The notes beneath the pieces were generated by a model. It saw nothing but the letters and a program-made list of their open reading frames with translations, was not told where the DNA came from and ran no database searches. The translations under genes were made by a program, and so were the position numbers. Positions 43,558 through 52,699 of a DNA stretch of 64,000 bases are shown here, piece by piece; the first letter of the stretch is position 1, and each line of letters starts with the position of its first letter. The DNA is from a virus: IMG/VR virus record IMGVR_UViG_3300045988_127716, positions 30,446-94,445 of that record. One strand, 5' to 3'.

Positions 43558-43929
43558 ATGATTTATTTTATAAGTGGACATAGAGACATAACTAGAGCCG
43601 AATTTGAATATTGGTATGTTCCAATCATTAAAAATGCTGTAGAGCGCGATAAACATGCTAGATTTGTACTGGGAGGGTGTGAAGGTGTAGATTCTATGGC
43701 TTTGGAATATTTAGATGAATTAGCTTTTAATCCTGATAGAGTAACTGTTTATTATAATACTAAGGAAACAAAGTATTTATTTACTTGTAACTCTAAAGGA
43801 TTTGATTCATATGAAGAAGCTGATCAGAACATGACTAAAGATTCAGACATAGATATTGCTTTCATTAGACCTGGCAAAGAAGATTCTTATACAGCTAAGA
43901 ACATTTTAAGAAGATATTTAATGAAATAA
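43558..43929 (+). CDS. hypothetical protein, possible SLOG/DprA-like Rossmann-fold nucleotide-binding domain
   Basis: 123 aa. ARFVLGGCEGVDSMALEY loosely resembles the GGA.G.D.LA glycine motif of the SLOG superfamily. Weak. Confidence 0.25.
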   Translation: MIYFISGHRDITRAEFEYWYVPIIKNAVERDKHARFVLGGCEGVDSMALEYLDELAFNPDRVTVYYNTKETKYLFTCNSKGFDSYEEADQNMTKDSDIDIAFIRPGKEDSYTAKNILRRYLMK

Positions 43930-43930
43930 T

Positions 43931-44554
43931 ATGAAGATAATAGGTAAATATAAAGATTATTATGACTATATCCAGGGAAAATATGGAATAGATGAAGATG
44001 TAATACTTGATAGAAGGAATTTTGTGTGGGATGTACCTGCTACTTATAAATCCTTTAATCCTGACCCGTATGTTTCACACAGGTTCAGGAGTTTAAAGGA
44101 ATATTCTTATGAAGTATTATTACAAACAGGATTTGTTCAATATTTAATAGAAGTTCAACATAATTTAGATGGAGCTAATGTTCCAACTTTAGTAAAGAAG
44201 TTTGAATCAGAAGTAAATATTGGATCTTGCCCTGTGCTTCTAATGCCTCCAGAGATCACTTATTGTATTAGTGGGGCATTTTATAGAGAGTTGAAAGACT
44301 ATAATCTTGATGATATTAAGTCAATTAAAAGAGCCTTTGAAAAAGGAAAAAGTGAACTTCTTAGAAGCACTAAACTTCCAATTTTAAAAGATACTTTTAT
44401 TCCTAAAATTATTCCTGCAGAAGAAGTGTATAATAATATTTATAATTATCTATTATACATGAAAGAGCCCAAAGTAGTAGATACGAGGACTAACAAGCAG
44501 AAAATTGAGGGAAAAGGATTTGATTACAAAGAAAGTTTTAGAAATATAAAATGA
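43931..44554 (+). CDS. hypothetical protein
   Basis: 207-aa ORF inside the NAD cluster. Confidence 0.4.
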   Translation: MKIIGKYKDYYDYIQGKYGIDEDVILDRRNFVWDVPATYKSFNPDPYVSHRFRSLKEYSYEVLLQTGFVQYLIEVQHNLDGANVPTLVKKFESEVNIGSCPVLLMPPEITYCISGAFYRELKDYNLDDIKSIKRAFEKGKSELLRSTKLPILKDTFIPKIIPAEEVYNNIYNYLLYMKEPKVVDTRTNKQKIEGKGFDYKESFRNIK

Positions 44555-45150
44555 AAATAGGGTTATTATTTGGATCATTTGATCCATTTCATATTGGTCA
44601 TTTATCTGTAGTTACTTCTGCATTAAATTCTGGTCAGGTAGAAAAAGTTTGGATTATTCCTGCATTTAAAAGTCCTTGGAAAAATCATTATGCTGATTTC
44701 TATTCTAGATATAGAATGATTTTATCTGCTTGCATAGGGTTGTATGATAAAGTTAGTGTTTATCCAGTTGAGAGTGATCTTATTAAAATTCTAGGAAGAC
44801 CTCCTTATACTATAGATGTAATAGATTTCATTAAGGAAACTTATGAAGATTTTGAGTTCTATATAATTACTTCTACTGAAACAATAGTTGAAATAGAAAA
44901 ATGGCATGAAGGAAAGAGAATCCTAGAAGAAAATAGATTCATAGTAGTAGGCAGAGAAGGGTTTCCTATAAGTCCAGATATTAAAAAAGTAAAACCTTTA
45001 GAATGGATAGATGCATTTGGGTTTGAAGGAATATCTATATCTTCAACCAAAATCAGAAAATGGATAAGTAATAAATATATTCCAATTCCTTATATCAATG
45101 CAGATCAATATGATCTAATTAAACAAAATCATCTTTATGAAAAACTTTAG
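44551..45150 (+). CDS. nadD: nicotinate/nicotinamide mononucleotide adenylyltransferase (NadD-like)
   Basis: 199 aa. IGLLFGSFDPFHIGHL matches the (H/T)xGH nucleotidyltransferase motif in NadD context (GG.FDP.H.GHL). Confidence 0.75.
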   Translation: MKIGLLFGSFDPFHIGHLSVVTSALNSGQVEKVWIIPAFKSPWKNHYADFYSRYRMILSACIGLYDKVSVYPVESDLIKILGRPPYTIDVIDFIKETYEDFEFYIITSTETIVEIEKWHEGKRILEENRFIVVGREGFPISPDIKKVKPLEWIDAFGFEGISISSTKIRKWISNKYIPIPYINADQYDLIKQNHLYEKL

Positions 45151-45634
45151 TGTAGAAGTAGAAGGAAAAACTTATTGGATTTCTAGATCCATTGCAGTAG
45201 CTGGATTTATATTCTCCAAACTTGGAAATAACTGGTATGTACTAGCGAATAAAAGAGGAGAAGGTGCTCCTGATTATGTAGGATGCTGGAATTGTCCTTG
45301 TGGATATTTAGATTATGATGAAACCTTATCAGAGGCCTGCTCAAGAGAAATCTTTGAAGAAACAGGAGTGTCTATAAGAGAGGATGAACTAAACTTTGAA
45401 GAGATTAATGATTCTTTGGAAAATAGACAAAATGTTACAATTAGATTTACTAAATTTGATGATACAGGTAAACTGATTAATCAAGGACTAACATCTAGAT
45501 ATTCGGAAGATCAGGAAGTAGATGATATTAAATGGATCAGGGTTAAGAGTATTGATAACTATGATTGGGCATTTAATCATAAAGAGATTATTAAGGATTT
45601 AGCAAAATTTTATTTAAATTTTAAATATGAATAG
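45137..45634 (+). CDS. Nudix hydrolase
   Basis: 165 aa. GYLDYDETLSEACSREIFEETGV is a perfect Nudix box (Gx5Ex7REUxEExGU). Confidence 0.8.
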   Translation: MKNFSVEVEGKTYWISRSIAVAGFIFSKLGNNWYVLANKRGEGAPDYVGCWNCPCGYLDYDETLSEACSREIFEETGVSIREDELNFEEINDSLENRQNVTIRFTKFDDTGKLINQGLTSRYSEDQEVDDIKWIRVKSIDNYDWAFNHKEIIKDLAKFYLNFKYE

Positions 45635-46205
45635 AAGAGAGCAGACTATAAGCAATGAAGTAGCACAGTTAATGATAGATCAAATTAGTAGAGAGTTATA
45701 TAATCATAATGTTTATAGAACTTATGCTAATTTTTATTATCAAAGAGGATTGTGTAAATTATTTGATTATTATCAATTAAGAGCTTTTGAAGAGTATAAT
45801 CATCATAGTTGGTTGTTTGATAGATTAACTCAATGTGGTGTAGAGTTTGAATATCCAAAAGTGGATGCAATTAAATCTGAACATGTTATTACTAAATTAG
45901 AAGAATCCTTCCCTAATACAGTAAGTTTAGAGATTGAGACTACTGGATGGATTAATGGTATTGTTAAGCAATGTATTAAAGAAGGAGATTATACTACTGA
46001 ACAGTGGTTGAAAGAAGTAATGTTGGGAGAACAGCATGAAGAGGAGAATATCTCTAGACATATACAAGCCATTACTGAAGATGATACTGATTGGTTAACT
46101 AAACAAGATACTATTCTTAGTTATTATAATAATAGAGAGTATGCTACTGATACTCAGAGAGATATTATAAATGCTGAGAAGGTTGATGATGAGGATGATG
46201 ATTAA
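45627..46205 (+). CDS. ferritin-like di-iron protein
   Basis: 192 aa. …YNHNVYRTYANFYY… and …RAFEEYNHHSWLFDRL… resemble ferritin/bacterioferritin ferroxidase-site helices (E…ExxH). Confidence 0.45.
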   Translation: MNRREQTISNEVAQLMIDQISRELYNHNVYRTYANFYYQRGLCKLFDYYQLRAFEEYNHHSWLFDRLTQCGVEFEYPKVDAIKSEHVITKLEESFPNTVSLEIETTGWINGIVKQCIKEGDYTTEQWLKEVMLGEQHEEENISRHIQAITEDDTDWLTKQDTILSYYNNREYATDTQRDIINAEKVDDEDDD

Positions 46206-46218
46206 TAAAATTTAATCT

Positions 46219-46575
46219 ATGAAGAAATTTAAATTAAAGAGAAGAAAATTTAGGCCTAACAAAGTATATAGTTCAGAAAAACTTCTTAAATGTATCATAG
46301 ATGCTGAACTTAGACCATATGGTAAAACATTAGAAGATATTAATACAGAAGAAAATGGAATTATCAATGGCCTTAAGTGGTTTGAATATTATACCTTTAA
46401 AACTCCTTCTCAGGAAAGAGTTTGGGATGAGTATTGTAATAAACTAGTTAGAAAGCATTGGTTGCCTTGGTATATATCTAAAAGAGAAGCAGACAGACAT
46501 TTATCTATGATTAGATTAGGTTATGGACTTAAATCTGAATATATTACTTCAAAGTTAGAAAAGAATGAGAATTAG
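46219..46575 (+). CDS. hypothetical protein
   Basis: 118-aa ORF. Confidence 0.4.
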   Translation: MKKFKLKRRKFRPNKVYSSEKLLKCIIDAELRPYGKTLEDINTEENGIINGLKWFEYYTFKTPSQERVWDEYCNKLVRKHWLPWYISKREADRHLSMIRLGYGLKSEYITSKLEKNEN

Positions 46576-47395
46576 AATTATTCCAGATCTTCATGGATCT
46601 GATTGGTGGAAAGAAGAAATTAAGGATATTGATGAGTTAGATCATTGTATCTTCTTAGGTGATTATGTTGATGATTGGGATGCTAAGAATGAAGTGATAT
46701 TTAAAAACTTAGAAGAAATAATAAGTTTCAAAAAAGAATATATGGATAAGGTTACTCTTTTATATGGTAATCATGAATTTAATTACATTCATCCATATAC
46801 TGGATATTGTAGTGGTTTCAGACCTACTATGAAAGATTCCTTAGGTATTCTTCTCTTTGAAAATAAAAACTTATTTCAAATTTGTAAGTTAATAAATATT
46901 TCATTACCTTTGTATTCTTCTCCTCAACAGAAATTATTATTTTCTCATGCTGGATTTTCTAAGAATTGGATAAAGGATAATTACTATTGGATAAATGAAG
47001 AACATTGGAAGACAATTAGTGAAGAGGATTGGAAGAAGTTTAAAGACTTTCAGTTAGATAATTTAGAAGAAGTAATTAATAATTCATTCGATTCTTATAC
47101 TGTATTAGATAAAGTTATGTCTATTGGCAGATTAAGAGGAGGTTGCTCTCCAGAAGGTGGACCACTGTGGGCAGATATGAGAGAAACTTTCAATAGGTAT
47201 CTTTTAGGTTATAGACAATTTGTTGGGCATACTCCTTCAATGAAAGTTACTACTGGATCTTATCCTGATAGATCTCCTGAAAATTCTTCAATTACATTTT
47301 GTGATTGCGGAAGTAAAAGAGTAGATATAACTTTAGATATAACTAATTTTAATATAGCTCTAATAGTTAATAATGAAAGTACAATATTATGTTAA
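46565..47395 (+). CDS. calcineurin-like metallophosphatase (PPP-family Ser/Thr phosphatase-like)
   Basis: 276 aa. IIPDLHG, FLGDYVDDWD, LYGNHEF match PPP motifs GDxHG / GDxVDRG / GNHE. Confidence 0.65.
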   Translation: MRIRIIPDLHGSDWWKEEIKDIDELDHCIFLGDYVDDWDAKNEVIFKNLEEIISFKKEYMDKVTLLYGNHEFNYIHPYTGYCSGFRPTMKDSLGILLFENKNLFQICKLINISLPLYSSPQQKLLFSHAGFSKNWIKDNYYWINEEHWKTISEEDWKKFKDFQLDNLEEVINNSFDSYTVLDKVMSIGRLRGGCSPEGGPLWADMRETFNRYLLGYRQFVGHTPSMKVTTGSYPDRSPENSSITFCDCGSKRVDITLDITNFNIALIVNNESTILC

Positions 47396-48051
47396 TAGGT
47401 ATTAGTGGCAAGATCAAATCTGGTAAAGATACTATAGCTGATATATTTATGGCAGATTTTTGGAAGAATGGTTGTGGAGGAAGATTTTATACTATTGAGA
47501 GACATTCTTTCGCGGATAAATTAAAATCTATAGTTGCAGCTATAGTTGGGTGTCATAGAGAGGATTTAGATTCTCAAGAATTTAAATCTAAAGCAATTCC
47601 TGATTTTACCAAGATTTCTCAGAATGGAATCATTACTCATGTAGTTCCTAGTGATAAGATCTTTTACAATGATGTTTTTAAGGAATATAGTATAGTTACT
47701 TACAGAGAAGCTCTACAATTCTTCGGAACCAAATTCAGAAATGAATATGGAGAGAATTTCTGGGTGAACTTATTACTTAATTCCCTACCTTCTACATCAA
47801 AGGAGGAGATAATACTAATTACTGATGTAAGGTATTTAAATGAAGCAGAAGCTATTAAATCTAGAGGAGGAATTTTAATAAGAGTTAATAGACCTCACAA
47901 TGAATCTCCTAAGGATATTTCTAATCACCCTTCCGAAACAGGCCTTGATAATTATAATAATTTTGATTACATCATTGAGAATGATGGGTCTCTAGAAGAT
48001 TTAGAGGGGAAAGTTAAATTAATCTATTCACATTTAAAAACTAAACATTAA
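47389..48051 (+). CDS. deoxynucleoside monophosphate kinase-like P-loop kinase (T4 gp1-like)
   Basis: 220 aa. MLIGISGKIKSGKDTIADIF closely parallels the T4 dNMP kinase N-terminus (MKLIFLSGVKRSGKDTTADFI). Confidence 0.6.
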   Translation: MLIGISGKIKSGKDTIADIFMADFWKNGCGGRFYTIERHSFADKLKSIVAAIVGCHREDLDSQEFKSKAIPDFTKISQNGIITHVVPSDKIFYNDVFKEYSIVTYREALQFFGTKFRNEYGENFWVNLLLNSLPSTSKEEIILITDVRYLNEAEAIKSRGGILIRVNRPHNESPKDISNHPSETGLDNYNNFDYIIENDGSLEDLEGKVKLIYSHLKTKH

Positions 48052-48052
48052 A

Positions 48053-48250
48053 TTGTTAATTGGAGAACTTTTATTAGAAATCAATTACCTTAAAGAAAAA
48101 GAGGGTTTTACAGATAAAGATAAAATAAAGATTACAAATTTTAAAGAAGATTTTGATATTCAGTGTGTTACTACTCAATCAGAAGAGGGTCTCAAAAATG
48201 GAGAACCTAACTGTATTTTCTTAACTTTTAATCAAGAGAATGGGGACTAG
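48053..48250 (+). CDS. hypothetical protein
   Basis: 65-aa ORF. Confidence 0.3.
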   Translation: MLIGELLLEINYLKEKEGFTDKDKIKITNFKEDFDIQCVTTQSEEGLKNGEPNCIFLTFNQENGD

Positions 48251-48434
48251 GGAATATTTAAAAGCTAGGAATTTATTAGATATTCTAATGAATCTTACTG
48301 ATGAAGAAGGAGAAAGTGAAATAATTCTAATAGATAATAGATCTAAAAAATATTTTCTTATAAGTGGAGTAGAACTATCAAGGGATTTAATAACTGATGA
48401 TAAAACTCTTATAATAAACATTTCAGAAGAGTGA
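48240..48434 (+). CDS. hypothetical protein
   Basis: 64-aa ORF. The minus ORF 48221-48421 is judged antisense. Confidence 0.3.
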   Translation: MGTREYLKARNLLDILMNLTDEEGESEIILIDNRSKKYFLISGVELSRDLITDDKTLIINISEE

Positions 48435-49036
48435 TATTAAAATTTAAGAAAGAGGAAAATCGGAAGATTTATTTTACTTCAGATTTGCACTTTTGTCATA
48501 AGAATATATTATCCTATGATAATAGACCTTATGATACTATTGAGGAGATGAACAGGGATATAGTAGAAACTTGGAATAATATAGTTTCCGAGAACGATAT
48601 TATATTCCTGTTAGGGGATATTACCTTGTATGAAAAAAGTAACACAGTATTGAGTTTATTAAAAGAATTAAAAGGTGATATTTATTTTATACAGGGTAAT
48701 CATGATACAGATAAAGCAGTGAACTTTTATGTGGAGAATAAGGTATTTAAAAAAGTTTGTTCTCCTCTGCAAGTCATTGAATATAGTTTAGATAATACTG
48801 ATGAAGGAAAGTTTACCTTTCAACTTTGTCATTATCCTATGTTAGATTGGTGGAAGAAACAAAAAGGTGGATTTCAGATATTTGGTCATACTCATGGTAA
48901 TTTAAAAGATCATGATGTTGCCCAAATTGAAATCAGTTGGCCTGTTTGGTATCGTCCTATAGAGATTGATGAGATATTAGTTTATTTAACAAAGCAACAA
49001 CAATCATTGAAAACACATTATCATTTTAATGATTGA
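48431..49036 (+). CDS. metallophosphoesterase
   Basis: 201 aa. YFTSDLHFCH, LLGDIT, QGNHD, GHTH motifs of the calcineurin-like phosphoesterase fold. Confidence 0.6.
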   Translation: MILKFKKEENRKIYFTSDLHFCHKNILSYDNRPYDTIEEMNRDIVETWNNIVSENDIIFLLGDITLYEKSNTVLSLLKELKGDIYFIQGNHDTDKAVNFYVENKVFKKVCSPLQVIEYSLDNTDEGKFTFQLCHYPMLDWWKKQKGGFQIFGHTHGNLKDHDVAQIEISWPVWYRPIEIDEILVYLTKQQQSLKTHYHFND

Positions 49037-49397
49037 TGATGAAGTACTTAAGTCTACTCCTCTCCCTTGTACAAGTAGAGTACAATTATTAGAAAAAGAG
49101 GATGGATATTATACTACTTATGTTTTTGTTGATCTTGATACTGGGGAATATCTTATGGTAACTAAATACCCAAATTGGATACAGTCAGAGATTAATATAG
49201 GGGATACTGGGTATCTAACCTATTATCTTATTTTAGCTGGAATAACTAAGTGGTATTGTAAAGTAGGAGAAAACGATGAAGAAAGATTTGTTCCATATAA
49301 TTATACCCATATTGCTTTTGTTAAATTTATAAAGGATAGTAGTGAAATCATTAAAAGGGAGACAGATAATGATTTTAAGATTAAAGTTATTGTTTAA
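49029..49397 (+). CDS. hypothetical protein
   Basis: 122-aa ORF. Confidence 0.4.
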   Translation: MIDDEVLKSTPLPCTSRVQLLEKEDGYYTTYVFVDLDTGEYLMVTKYPNWIQSEINIGDTGYLTYYLILAGITKWYCKVGENDEERFVPYNYTHIAFVKFIKDSSEIIKRETDNDFKIKVIV

Positions 49398-49408
49398 ATT
49401 ATTTAATT

Positions 49409-50281
49409 ATGGCAGCAGTTATAGGAGATAAACTAAAAGAAGCGTTGAGAGAAAAAGAAAATGATGTGAATACATTTGTATGGAGGTATCCTAAAGATAG
49501 AGATAATGGAAATGCTCAGGATGAGGTTAAATTAATGGATTGTTCCCAGGAACAATTACAGGAGTTTTATGATCATTGTGAGAGTATGTTAAGGAATAAT
49601 GACAAGTTAAGTCCTGGTAGATATAATGTTTTAGCATTGATTAAATCCCAAAAAGATAAAATTGGGGCAGAATTATTGTTAAGAGAGATGCAACAGGCTA
49701 ATAAGAATTTTACTAGATATGCTCTTAATGAAGCCATAATTGAATTTATTGATAAGAATAAAGAGAATGGAGTAGAAATTAATCCAGAGGTGTCTACATT
49801 TGGACAATATTATGAATATGATATTTCTACTAAGTATAATAAGATTAATCTTCAATTGATTTTAGACGCTTGTAATGACAGATTAGGAGTTTTTGATAAT
49901 TCTCATTTAACTAAATCTTTCTTGTTAAAAAGAGGAGTTTGGTTTGATAGAGATGATGTTCAAAAGTTAAAAACATTTGCTTTAAAGAATGGAATTAACT
50001 CTAAAACTCCTAGATTGGAAGTCGCAAGGCAATATTTAAAATTGAAGGATTATCAAGTTCTTAAACAAAATTCTAGAGGATTAACAGTAGAAGAGTTAAG
50101 ATTAATGTTAATCCTGCGGCCATCTAAAATCAAAGATTTAACTACTGAGCAATTAGAAATTTTGAGATATAAATTACTACTTGATCTTGAAAGAAATGTT
50201 AGAGACCACATCGAGAGATGGGAAACTTTAGAATCTCAGATTAAGAAAGTTGCTAAAGTAAAAAAGTTTACTATTCAGTAA
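49409..50281 (+). CDS. hypothetical protein
   Basis: 290-aa ORF immediately upstream of the DNA polymerase. Confidence 0.4.
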   Translation: MAAVIGDKLKEALREKENDVNTFVWRYPKDRDNGNAQDEVKLMDCSQEQLQEFYDHCESMLRNNDKLSPGRYNVLALIKSQKDKIGAELLLREMQQANKNFTRYALNEAIIEFIDKNKENGVEINPEVSTFGQYYEYDISTKYNKINLQLILDACNDRLGVFDNSHLTKSFLLKRGVWFDRDDVQKLKTFALKNGINSKTPRLEVARQYLKLKDYQVLKQNSRGLTVEELRLMLILRPSKIKDLTTEQLEILRYKLLLDLERNVRDHIERWETLESQIKKVAKVKKFTIQ

Positions 50282-50286
50282 TATAA

Positions 50287-52458
50287 ATGAGATATTTTGT
50301 AAGTAATCAGAATTCTTTATTTAATTCAGATAATTACAAAGTTATTTCAGTAGAAGAATCCTTAAAGATCTTAGAGCCAATGAGAATAGTTGGTCTAGAT
50401 ACTGAGACTGAAGGATTCGATGTTTATACAAAAAAACTTTTATCAGTTCAGATAGGTGATTATGAAAATCAAGTTATGATTGATTGTACTACAATTGATA
50501 TTAGATTGTACAAAGATTACCTTGAATCTGATAGAATTTTTATTTTATGGAATGCAAAATTTGACTTAAAGTTTTTCTATCATCAAAGAATATTGATTAA
50601 TAATGTATTTGATGGTTATTTAGCTGAAAAGTTACTTTGGTTAGGTTATCCTCCTGGTATGCATGGCATGGGTCTTAAAGACGCAGCCATGAATTATCTA
50701 AATATTGTAATGGATAAGACTGTCAGGGGTAAGATTATAAATGTGGGTCTTACTGATGAAGTAGTAGTTTATGGTTGTAATGATGTTAAATATCTTCCTG
50801 ATATTAGAAAGTTACAATTAATTAAATTAGAGAAAGCTGATCTATTAGAAGCAATTAGATTTGAAAATGAATTTGTTAAAGTTTTAGCTTACATTGAGTA
50901 TTGTGGAGTCAAACTAGATGTAGACAAATGGAAAGCTAAAATGGCTAAAGACAAAGAGAGATTACTTAAAGCTGAAAAGGAGCTTAATGATTGGGTTGCA
51001 GAGTATTATGTAAAGAATAAGGGATCTAAAGAGTATTGGGTTAAGAAGTATTTAAAGATTCAAGATAGAATGAAGGAATACGAAGAAGTTTCCACAATTC
51101 CTAATGAAGCTTCAAATGTAGATAGAATTGTGAATGATGGGGAAGTTTATTATATATATGAAGTTCCTTATAAATTTGTTTCTATCAACCTTCAAGGAGA
51201 TCTCTTCTCAGGATTTGATACTACTCCTAAATGTAACATTAACTGGAATTCAGCTAAACAAGTAATTCCTCTATTCGAACTACTAGGATTTAATCTAAAA
51301 ACCTTTGATAAAGAAACAGGTAAGTCTAAGAAATCTATTGATGCTAAAATCATAGAACCTCAAAAGTCAATTTCTCCTATAGCTCAAGTGTATTTAAATT
51401 ATAGAGCTAATCAAAAAGTGGTTAGTACTTATGGAGAAAACTTTTTAAAACAAATCAACCCAATAACTGGAAGAATCCATACCCAATTTAATCAGTTAAT
51501 GGATACTGCTAGATTATCATGTGGTGGTAAAAACAGACAAACTGGAGAAGAATATGTAAATCTTCAAAATCTTCCTAAAGATGCTGAAACTAGAGCATGT
51601 TTTGTTGCTGAACCTGGAAATCTATGGATCTCAGCAGACTATAAATCTCAAGAATCTGTTATTATTGCTAATGTGACTCAAGATCCAGCAATGATTGATA
51701 TATTCTTAAATGGTGATGGAGATATTCATTCCTTGGCTGCTAAAATGGCTTTCCCTAAAGAATTAGAAGGGATTGAGGTAAAGGATGTAAAAGCGAAAGC
51801 TCATGATTATAGGGACAAAGGTAAAAAGGTTGAATTTGGTATAAATTATGGAGGAGATGGAAATACTATTGCTCAAAATTTAGCATTAACTAAAAAAGAA
51901 GGAGAGAGAATATATGAGGATTATATGAAGGGTTTCATTGGCCTGAAATTATATCAAGATTTTTGTAGAAAGGATGTAATGGAGAAAGGTTATATATTAT
52001 TAAATCCAGTTACTAGACATAAAGCTTATATTTATGACTATGCTGAATTAATAAAAACTGCTTCCACATTCACACAAGAGTTTTGGCAACAATACAGAGA
52101 ATTAAAAGCAATGGGAGATACTGATAATAGCACAGTATATAGTGTTAAGAAGTATTTCAAAAGAAAGGCAGCTTCTGAAAAGCAGTCTATTAATTATAGA
52201 ATACAAGGTACTGGTGCTATGTGTTTTAAATTATTTTCTATTAAACTATTTAATTCTCTAAAGAAAGCAAATCTCCTATTTACTGTTAAATATTGTATTC
52301 CAGTTCATGATGAGGCAAATCTAGAGGCTCCAGCAGAAATTGCAGATAAAATAGCTAAATTATTAGTTACCTGTATGAAGAAAGCTGGAGATGTATTTTG
52401 TACTACTGTGAAGCTAGATGCGGATGTAGTAGTTTCCGATCATTGGATACATGAATAA
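50287..52458 (+). CDS. family-A DNA polymerase with 3'-5' exonuclease domain
   Basis: 723 aa. Exo I VGLDTETEG; Exo II/III (…WNAKFDLKF…, YGCNDVKY). Pol motif A ISADYKSQESVI (DYSQIELR-like), motif B RDKGKKVEFGINYGG (R…K…FG..YG), motif C IPVHDE. Confidence 0.9.
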   Translation: MRYFVSNQNSLFNSDNYKVISVEESLKILEPMRIVGLDTETEGFDVYTKKLLSVQIGDYENQVMIDCTTIDIRLYKDYLESDRIFILWNAKFDLKFFYHQRILINNVFDGYLAEKLLWLGYPPGMHGMGLKDAAMNYLNIVMDKTVRGKIINVGLTDEVVVYGCNDVKYLPDIRKLQLIKLEKADLLEAIRFENEFVKVLAYIEYCGVKLDVDKWKAKMAKDKERLLKAEKELNDWVAEYYVKNKGSKEYWVKKYLKIQDRMKEYEEVSTIPNEASNVDRIVNDGEVYYIYEVPYKFVSINLQGDLFSGFDTTPKCNINWNSAKQVIPLFELLGFNLKTFDKETGKSKKSIDAKIIEPQKSISPIAQVYLNYRANQKVVSTYGENFLKQINPITGRIHTQFNQLMDTARLSCGGKNRQTGEEYVNLQNLPKDAETRACFVAEPGNLWISADYKSQESVIIANVTQDPAMIDIFLNGDGDIHSLAAKMAFPKELEGIEVKDVKAKAHDYRDKGKKVEFGINYGGDGNTIAQNLALTKKEGERIYEDYMKGFIGLKLYQDFCRKDVMEKGYILLNPVTRHKAYIYDYAELIKTASTFTQEFWQQYRELKAMGDTDNSTVYSVKKYFKRKAASEKQSINYRIQGTGAMCFKLFSIKLFNSLKKANLLFTVKYCIPVHDEANLEAPAEIADKIAKLLVTCMKKAGDVFCTTVKLDADVVVSDHWIHE

Positions 52459-52465
52459 ATAACTT

Positions 52466-52699
52466 ATGAAGGATTTAGATAAACAAATAGAAGCAAAAGA
52501 TAAAGTCTATAAAGTAATATTATCCTGTGAAAACAGAAAACAGCTTGAAGAGGCTCAAAATTGGATTGATGGTTTATGTAAAATATATGAAAGATCTAAG
52601 AATGAGTCTATTAAAGAAAGTTCTTTAAATGTATTAAAAGGATGTTCAGACTTAGTTTACCATAGACTAAGAGAGTTTGATAAAAAAGAAGGTTCTTAA
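52466..52699 (+). CDS. hypothetical protein
   Basis: 77-aa ORF. Confidence 0.35.
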   Translation: MKDLDKQIEAKDKVYKVILSCENRKQLEEAQNWIDGLCKIYERSKNESIKESSLNVLKGCSDLVYHRLREFDKKEGS

